Part shown: piece after piece, positions 57,009 to 64,000 of the stretch
Layout: each line of letters opens with the position of its first letter
Numbering within the stretch: position 1 is the stretch's first letter
Origin: Prasinococcaceae sp. CCMP 1430
Lineage: Eukaryota > Plantae > Prasinodermophyta
Assembly: GCA_013416795.1 (NCBI GenBank)
Contig: RQSC01001240.1
Coordinates: forward strand, 1 to 64,000
DNA: 64,000 bases
Direction of reading: 5' to 3'
Notes under the pieces: generated by a model
Seen by the model: the letters and a program-made list of their open reading frames with translations, nothing else
What the model was told of the DNA's origin: nothing
Databases searched by the model: none
Program-made: the position numbers and the translations under genes

Positions 57009-59494
57009 TTATTCGGCACCCATGAGCATGAGCACCGCCCTATCGGCATCGCCCGCGCACATTTGCAGCGCATCTCGAGCCTGTAGTCGATCAAATCCCA
57101 TGTCGAGGAGTCCAGGGAGGGCTGCATGGGCGGCATCCTTGGCGGCTTGACAAGCAGGGCGTTCGCATTGCTCTGCGACGCCGTCCATACCGTCGTCTAT
57201 GGGTACGCTGTGCGTTCTCAATGAGGCCTCGTGACGCCCCGGACTGTCGTCCGACGCGGCGTCGCCGCCCATACCAGCCGCAGCTTCGTGGGCAGCTGAG
57301 CCAGCGCCATCGACCTCCATGGCCGCCTTTCCCATCGACATCGACGAGGGCGACCGTGACAGCACCTTTCGGGAGTCGCTGGTCACGCCATCGAGGTCGC
57401 TGTCGCGCGCACGCTTGCTCGTACCGGCACAACCAGTGGGCAGTGTCCTCTCCTTGGATATGCTGATGACCTTCATGGGCGTCACTGCATACGGCGCGAA
57501 CGGTTGCCGGTGCTTGGGGTGCAGAGCATTCATCAAATCGCTCTCGATGAAGTTGAAGAGGTGAACGCAGCGCTGGTCGCACCCCTTCGTGAGATTGAGG
57601 AGAAGCTGCCGAAGGTTGTTGAGGTCGATGGGCCCCTCCTGTGGCGCGTCGCCTGCATCGCTCGCAGCTCCAGGAGTACATTTGCTCTTGGCCTTGGCCT
57701 TGTCCCCTGGCGTGCCCTTGTCCAGCCGCTTGGTCTTCTTCTCTGCCCCGGCGCAAGTGGCACCTTTCGAGCCCTCCTTGAGCTCAGGAACAATCTCACC
57801 GGGCTGCGCCTCGAGAAGGCCGCTGAGTCTCTCGACGGCGGCCTCCATCTGCTCGCGCGCATCATCGAACAGGTCCTGGACGCGCCGTTTGTCCCCATCG
57901 GCCATGGACGGGTCGCCGAAGTCACCGAAGGCGTAGAAAGCGAAGCAATACGCGCGCGCGAGCACGCGCCTGCTGCGAAAGAGCTGCTCGAGCCCCCCCC
58001 GAAGCCACGACAAATCGACCAAATGCGCCACGTCGCAGACAATGCCGCGGTCGCCAACACCGAGGCTTCCACTTTTGCCCCCGCTCCCCCCAGCGGCGCT
58101 ACTTCCAACGGAGCACGACAGCCGCCCCGTCTCTGCGCTCAGCTCGATCGCTGCGATTCGCCTTTCCAGCGCCGACTTGAGCTCCTCCTCCTTGTTCGCC
58201 GAGTCCATGTGGAGCTTGAAGCGATTGAAGAAGTGAAGGTAGCGTTTGTGCTGCTTGGCAGCGCTCTTCTCGCGCTGCTCCGCTTCTTCGCGGTATCGGC
58301 CACACGTGTGTCCTGATATGGAATTCCACGTGTGCGCGCTCCCGGTTTCCTGGCCGCACAGCCAGCACATATACGCACCGCATTTGCAGCGCACCTGGTT
58401 GCATCCGCCGTTCTTCTCCACGCTCGCCGAACACCGTGGGCAGGGCTTCGTGTGCGCGGCGAGCCAGGTGTGCGTCTCCGACTCGTCGCTGTTCTTGCGC
58501 TCCCACGCATCCCACATCTCGCAGGTCGCCGGCGCGTGTGGGACACTCCGACATCGGAAACAGAATGTCGTCCCACACGCGCAGCGAGGCTCTCCAACTG
58601 CGGATGCATCCAAGCCGGCCGGCGCGCGCACCGCCCTGCCACAGTGCGGCACGGAGGGGCACCATGCCATGCGCGGATTGTCGTCAACATACGACTCGGC
58701 CAGCGCTCGCTCAAAGCGCGTGAGAGCCAGCGGATCCCTGCGGCGAAGGATGCGCCTCACGGCGCGTTCGTCCACCGCAGCCGTACAGTCGGGTGCCATG
58801 CAGCTCAGTCGGCGACTCTGGCCCTCCGCGATGCGCGAGCGAAAATGGCCAGCCCAGCAGCTGTCGCAGAATGCGTGTTCGCAGCCCAGCCTCGTGGCCT
58901 GTGACGGCGGAACGTCGTCGAAGCACACCATGCACGAAACAGTGGCGCCGTCGCCGTCAAGTGTGCGCTCCTTCCGTAAGGGCGCGATGAAGAGGCCAGC
59001 ATCGTCGAACAGTGCCTCGGGGCCGCGGTCGGTAAAGCCAGCGAGCACGTGCTGCTCGTTTGCGGGATGCGCGTGCACATTTTTCGTATGCGCGAGCGCG
59101 CGCGCGTGTGCGCGCGTGTGTCGCAGGTCGTCAGCACTCATTGGTCATACCGCGCGCGCAGCTCTTGATGGGATGGCGCACTGCGCACCTCGATGTTCCA
59201 CCGGTGCTTCATCAGCAGCGTGCGCGCTTGCCACGTCTCGACGCCGAGCACATCCACGAGTGCGCGCATTTCCTCGTCAGCCGCGGACGCGAGAGCGTCC
59301 GCTGGCACGACTTCGTACGGCGCCGAATCCATGGCTGCGCCATTCGTGGCACCAGCGGCCGCACTGCCAGGGCCGTCTCCAGCCATTCCACCGACGTCGA
59401 TTCCATCCATGAGGCTGCCGTCGTCGCTGTAGAAACTGCAGTCGGAGGGGTCTTCGCCCCACCCGCTGCTGTCGTCATCGCCGCCGCCCGCCAT
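57009..59494 (-). CDS. ARIADNE-family RBR E3 ubiquitin ligase; intron near 59050-59150
   Basis: Acidic N-terminus, UBA-like region, RING1 CMVC..CEHAFC..CW, IBR WCPSVPHC..C.C..FCFRC..H..C, RING2 KPCPRC..EKNGGCN..C.C..MCWLC and Ariadne domain RYLHFFNRF. Confidence 0.93.
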
Positions 59495-59789
59495 CGCGCC
59501 CGCAGCGGGTCACCCGCACGGTCCGCGCGCAGACGCCACAAGGGGGCGCGGGCGAGGACGGAGCAAGCTGTTGGAGAGGCCCTACGTCGCGGTCGTCGTG
59601 GCAACCAACCCAGCCAGTGCACGCGGCGGTCGGGCCCTTGTCCCCACCGCCCTCCGCACCCCCTCCACTGCCTCCACCCCCTACACCCACCCACACCAAA
59701 AAAAAACGGGTGCGGGGGGGCAACCAAAGCACGCGCGCGCCGCCGCAGTCCCCGCCGCCAGCGTGGCGCCCGCGCCGCAACCGCCGGTC

Positions 59790-60200
59790 CGACCCCTCCG
59801 CCACCGCCGCGCCCGGCGCGGCGCGGCACAGGCGAAACGTGAGCGGCAGCGGCGTGCGCATGCACTCGCGCATCGCCGCCGCGTCAGCCGCGTCGCCGAG
59901 CACCGCGTCGTAGTACTGCCTGAAGAGCTCGGGGCCGAAGCCGCACTTGCGGAACCAGAGCTCCGCCGCCTTGCTTGCTGTGCGCTGCGCGGCCTTGTGG
60001 GCGTTGCTCAGCGTGTTCACGCCGCCCTTGCCGACCCTGTCACCAGCGCGCTTCGCCTTGCCTCCCCGCTTCGCGCCGACGCCTTGCCCGAGCGCGGCAT
60101 CGGCGCCGTCCGCACGCAGGCGCTTGCGTTGGTGGCCCTCCTGCTGAGGCACTCCATCGCCGCTGTCGCCACCGCTCGCGGCGCCGCCACCCACGCGCAC
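59790..60200 (-). pseudogene. N-terminal fragment of an NSUN2/Trm4-like RNA m5C methyltransferase
   Basis: FRQYYDAVL..MRECMRTPLPLTFRL resembles the NSUN2 N-terminus; the catalytic domain is not seen, so this is probably truncated or misjoined. Confidence 0.35.
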
Positions 60201-60757
60201 GACCTCGAAGCCCGCACCACCCCCTCCCTTCCCTCGCGCCGGACGCCCCCGCGCCCGCCTCGCTCGCTGCCTCGCTCGCCAGCGCTGCGCTGAGTGCCAC
60301 TCTGAGTGGGAGCTGCCGACAGCGCGGACGAAAGCGACGGGAGCGAGCGCGGACCGAGCGCACACGAGATTCTCTGCGCGGGCTACGCATGCGTTTTGAT
60401 AGGCCCAGTTCGGCTTCGGCTTCGGTTTCGGTTTCGGTTTCGGCTTTGCCGTGGGGCGTGCGCGCGCGGCTGCGCTGGCGGCGGGCGCTGCCTCGTTGGA
60501 GCGGCCTCCGATGCGACCCGGCGCGTCGGTCGGCGCGCCGGCCCCACGCGGCGGGGGCGGGCGGCGCGCGCAGCCGAGGCGGGAGAAAAGCTGCAAGCGA
60601 GCGCAATTGAGTGTGCAAACGGTCGGCCAACGCCCGTGCGCCGCACAAGATTGAACCGAGCCGTGGCGCTGTCCCTTGCAAAAAGTCGCACCCTTGACAC
60701 GCCGACGAGGGAAGAGCTGCTCGGAGCTCGCACTCTACTTTGTGTGTGGCTACGCGG

Positions 60758-63524
60758 CTAGGCTGGAGGGCTCGAGACGACCACGCGGCCATCGGCGGTG
60801 GCGCTGAGCGCGAGCGCGCTGGCGTGGTGCCAGTCGACGCTCGTGCAGCCGGCGGCATGGTAGAGCAGCGCACCGCGGGCGCCGCCGCTGCGTGCATCCA
60901 CAAGCGGCGCGCAGGCGGCGCGCGACGTCATGAGCAGCAGCGGCGCACCACTGACACCGCCGTCGAGCCCGCGCGCCCATGCCATCTCGGGTGGCCGCTG
61001 CGTGCCGTCAATCGAACTCATGGCGCAGCCCAGTGGCGCCACCAAAGCCCGCGAAGTCACGCACGCGCCGCCACCAATAGCGCCCGAAGCACTGCCGCCG
61101 TCAAACACTCCACCGGCGACGCTTGTGCTGACGTTGCTGCCCATCCGCACGTCCCATTCGAGGAGCTCCCCGTCAGTCGTGAGCACATGCAAAACGTCCG
61201 CGCTCTCACCGAAGCGCACGCATACGCCCGAACCAGTGCAACCTGCCGCGCCGCAGTCCAGCACGCCGCAGAAGGCACGAGAGCTCGCGTCAAATAGCCG
61301 CACGAGGCTGTCGTCTGATGCCACCGCGGCGAGCTTGCCGTCGACAGGCGACAGCCGCACAGAGCTGACACCAGGCGCGTCGTTGCCCAAGGGAAGTGTA
61401 TGCAGCCTCTTGAGCGTGCTCGCCGACCACAGCGTCACCACACCACGCCTCCCGGAGCGCATTGCCGTGGGGCCCGGCAATGAGCAAGCGGCCGACACGA
61501 AGCACGGCTCGGCCGCCGACGGGCTCAGGTGCAGGTCGCACACGTATGGCGTGGCGGCGTCCACCGAGAGATCGCCCATGATACGCCGCGTGTCGGCGTT
61601 CCATGCCTTGATGGAGCGCTCGGCGGTGCCTAGCAGCAGGAGTCGATCGCCGCTCGACTCCCAGGCAAGTGAGAGTACGTCTGCGCCGCAATAGATGGTG
61701 GCGTTGCGGTCTGTCGAATCGTCGCCGATCGTCCACACGCGCGCGCTCTTGTCTGCGGAGGCGCTCGCGGCCGCCGCACCGCCGCCGGAGAGCCGACAGC
61801 ATCGCGCAGCAGCAGAGTGCCCGCTGAAAACGCTGCGTCTCACGAAGCAGACACCATCCGATGGAATGGAATCTACCCAGTCGGGGAGTCCCTCAGGCAC
61901 GATACCATCCTCCCCCACCGTAACATTCTCGTAGGTCGGCACAGCTGCGGATGCAGACGGCGCGAATTTGTGGTAGGATTCATCAACCGCATGATTCAGG
62001 AGTGATGCATCACTCCCTTCGTCGCTGCCGCCCCCATCCTTGCTTGTGTTAGGGCCGCCTTCAGCGTGGCCTGTCTCGCCAGATGTCAGGCTTTCGACGT
62101 TCGTTTCCGGCGGGGAATCGCGAAGGCTACTCGCGATGAACGCTGCGTCTGCGTCGGCACCTGCACCGGCATGCGTTCCAGTTCTTGTGCCTGAAACCTG
62201 CGGAGTGCTTTCCCCTCCAGCGCCATCGACCGAGCCGACGGCGAATGGCACCGGCGATGGCAAGGAAGCATCCAGGGAAGAGCTTGACGCTCGGGGCGAG
62301 TCACCATCCGGCGCACCGCGTGGCAATGGTGTCGCGCGCGTCTCGATTGGTACGAGCGAAGTGCGCTGTGGCTGCGCGGGGGTGTGCACGTGCTCGTCCG
62401 TGAGCGGTTGCGCGTGCGACCCCGTCCCGGGTGTTTCGCTTCCATCGGGCCCATCCAAGCTCACGATGCGGCGCCGATGATGGTGGTGCATCGGAGCCTT
62501 CGCGCCACTGCCACTTGCGCGCGCCTCGCTCTGCGCTATGGTGCCGTTGCCGCTGTCTTTGGTGCCGCCGTCGCTGCCAGCGCTCGGCTGCGCCCCCCTG
62601 GGTGTTTCCAGCGAGCCACTCGACCCCTCCCCCATCCGTGCGAGGGAACTCGCACGTGCGCCCCCGCCGCCGAAAGCACGCATGGCGGCACCGCCTTCGC
62701 CGCCCCCACGTTCGCTGGCGAGAGAAACCGCCCCCGCGGTGCTCGCGGCCCTGAGCTCAAGCATGCTTTTCAGGCGTGTCACCTCCGAACGCATGCCCTC
62801 GAGCTCCAGCTCCAGCGTTCTGCGGCGAACGCGCTCCACATTAAAACCGAGCACCGCCGGCGGGCGCACAGCTCCAAACACCTCGGTCAGGAGGTTGGTC
62901 AGGTCTGTTGCCAGCGCGTCGGTCCATGCGCGCGTGAAGTACGCACGGAATCGCGCATCGCGCGGCGCGTTGCTGCAGTATGGGAGCGAGAACCACGCCG
63001 CCCACTCGGCCGCGCCGCCCACCTCGGGCGAGAGAACCCCCTAAGCAAGCATAGATCCAGTCAGACACAAGAGATAAAGTGGTTGTGGCGTGCAGTCCGC
63101 ATGTCAGCGCTGACCCGCGCGCGCATGCGCCCGCTCGCGTGGGAACGGCCGTGAACCGTGCTCTGGCGGGGGTGGGGCGTACCTGCAAGAAAGCGGTGAG
63201 CGCAGCCGTGTCCCCTGCGAACGCGCACATGCACATAAAGTGCTTTCGAAGCGCCGCCCAGAGCGCGGCGACGGCCTCGGCGAGCCGCTCGTCGAGCCTG
63301 GAGAAGAACCTCCTCTCTAGGAAACGCCACGTGTCGCAGAGCGCCGCGCGGTCGCGGCGTGCGCAGGCTGCGAGCAGCCGTTTTGCCACGCGGCGGGGCG
63401 GCGCCCCCGGCGGCGCGATGTCGGCGGCGAGAGCGGTGTCGAAGGATGCCAGGCAGCGGTCGAAGCCACGGAAGAGCAGGTACTCGCGAAAGAGCTCGTC
63501 CACATACTCGGTGCTTGACTCCAT
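60758..63524 (-). CDS. WDR91: WDR91-like WD40-repeat protein; intron 63041-63182
   Basis: N-terminus DELFREYLLFRGF..F.RLD; second exon EWAAWFSLPY..F..YFTRAW.DAL..LTNLL; coiled coil; WD40 repeats (FSGHS..SASADKSARVW, IKAWN, VRLFD, VDWH). Confidence 0.88.
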
Positions 63525-64000
63525 CGCTCCCTCCCTCCGCGCCCCTCGGCTCCCGCGCCACCCCCGCTCTCGCTCCGTAGCGCGTGGGGCGCGGACGGAC
63601 GCGCACACAGGCGCTCGGGGCGCAGCACGCGCGCGGCACGCGCGCGGCACGCGCGTGCGAGAGAGGTGCAGCGATGAAGGGGGGCAGAGGGCCGCGCCTG
63701 GTCGCCCTCCCCCTCCAGCGGGGGGGTGGGGGTGGGGGTGGGGGGGGCTCGCGTTGTGCCGCGCGCACGCAGAAGCGCCGTTCGTTTTCAACATTCAGGT
63801 TTTGATTTCGCAGGTTGCCAACCGACAAACGAGGCCTTGCACGGCGTGCGCGGCGCCTGATGTCCGCGGGGGCGCCACGCACCGTACCTCACACGACGGT
63901 GCGCGTGGTGCACGTCAGCAAGGGGGGGAGCCGAGTGCTCGGGCGCCGCACGCGGCGGCGCCGCATGCGTGCGCCTGCAAGCGCCACGCTCGCGGCCGTA

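Noticed and set aside
58390-58420. ARIADNE RING2 motif GGCNQV instead of GGCNHM
   Set aside because: The catalytic Cys is intact and this position varies among plant and algal ARI proteins, so it is not evidence of inactivity or novelty.
1-64000. rRNA, tRNA or snRNA genes
   Set aside because: No recognisable conserved RNA-gene sequence found by eye; a tRNAscan/Infernal run would be needed to exclude them.

Overview
GC-rich eukaryotic genomic DNA from a draft assembly. It has short GT-AG spliceosomal introns, (GT)n/(CA)n microsatellites, two N gaps and four single-n joins; the source looks like a unicellular alga or protist, but this is inference and the taxon cannot be fixed from the sequence. 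About 20 protein-coding genes or gene fragments are recognisable: a WW-domain membrane protein, a dual oxidase, a LARP1-like DM15 protein, a DnaQ-like 3'-5' exonuclease, a fucosyltransferase-like protein, a TAP-like ABCB half-transporter, an SbcD-SbcC fusion, a GT-B glycosyltransferase, a TULIP-like protein, an ABC1 kinase, an H-NOX hybrid histidine kinase, an ankyrin-RING protein, a C1GALT1-like enzyme, GEX1, MscS, a RING-PHD protein, a TTL-family ligase, an ARIADNE E3, an NSUN-like fragment and WDR91. A scrambled cluster of CRE-like (restriction-like endonuclease) non-LTR retrotransposon pieces lies at about 46.4-50.2 kb. Three things stand out. (1) A DUOXA-like maturation factor is fused in frame to the N-terminus of a DUOX whose peroxidase domain keeps its heme ligands, although the FAD-binding domain is missing in this assembly. 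(2) A soluble-guanylate-cyclase-type H-NOX/HNOBA sensor is wired to a histidine kinase and receiver instead of a cyclase. (3) A J-domain (HPD) lies inside the retroelement ORF. All family calls come from motif recognition by eye; no searches were run, and exon boundaries and novelty claims need checking. No rRNA, tRNA or CRISPR array could be supported.
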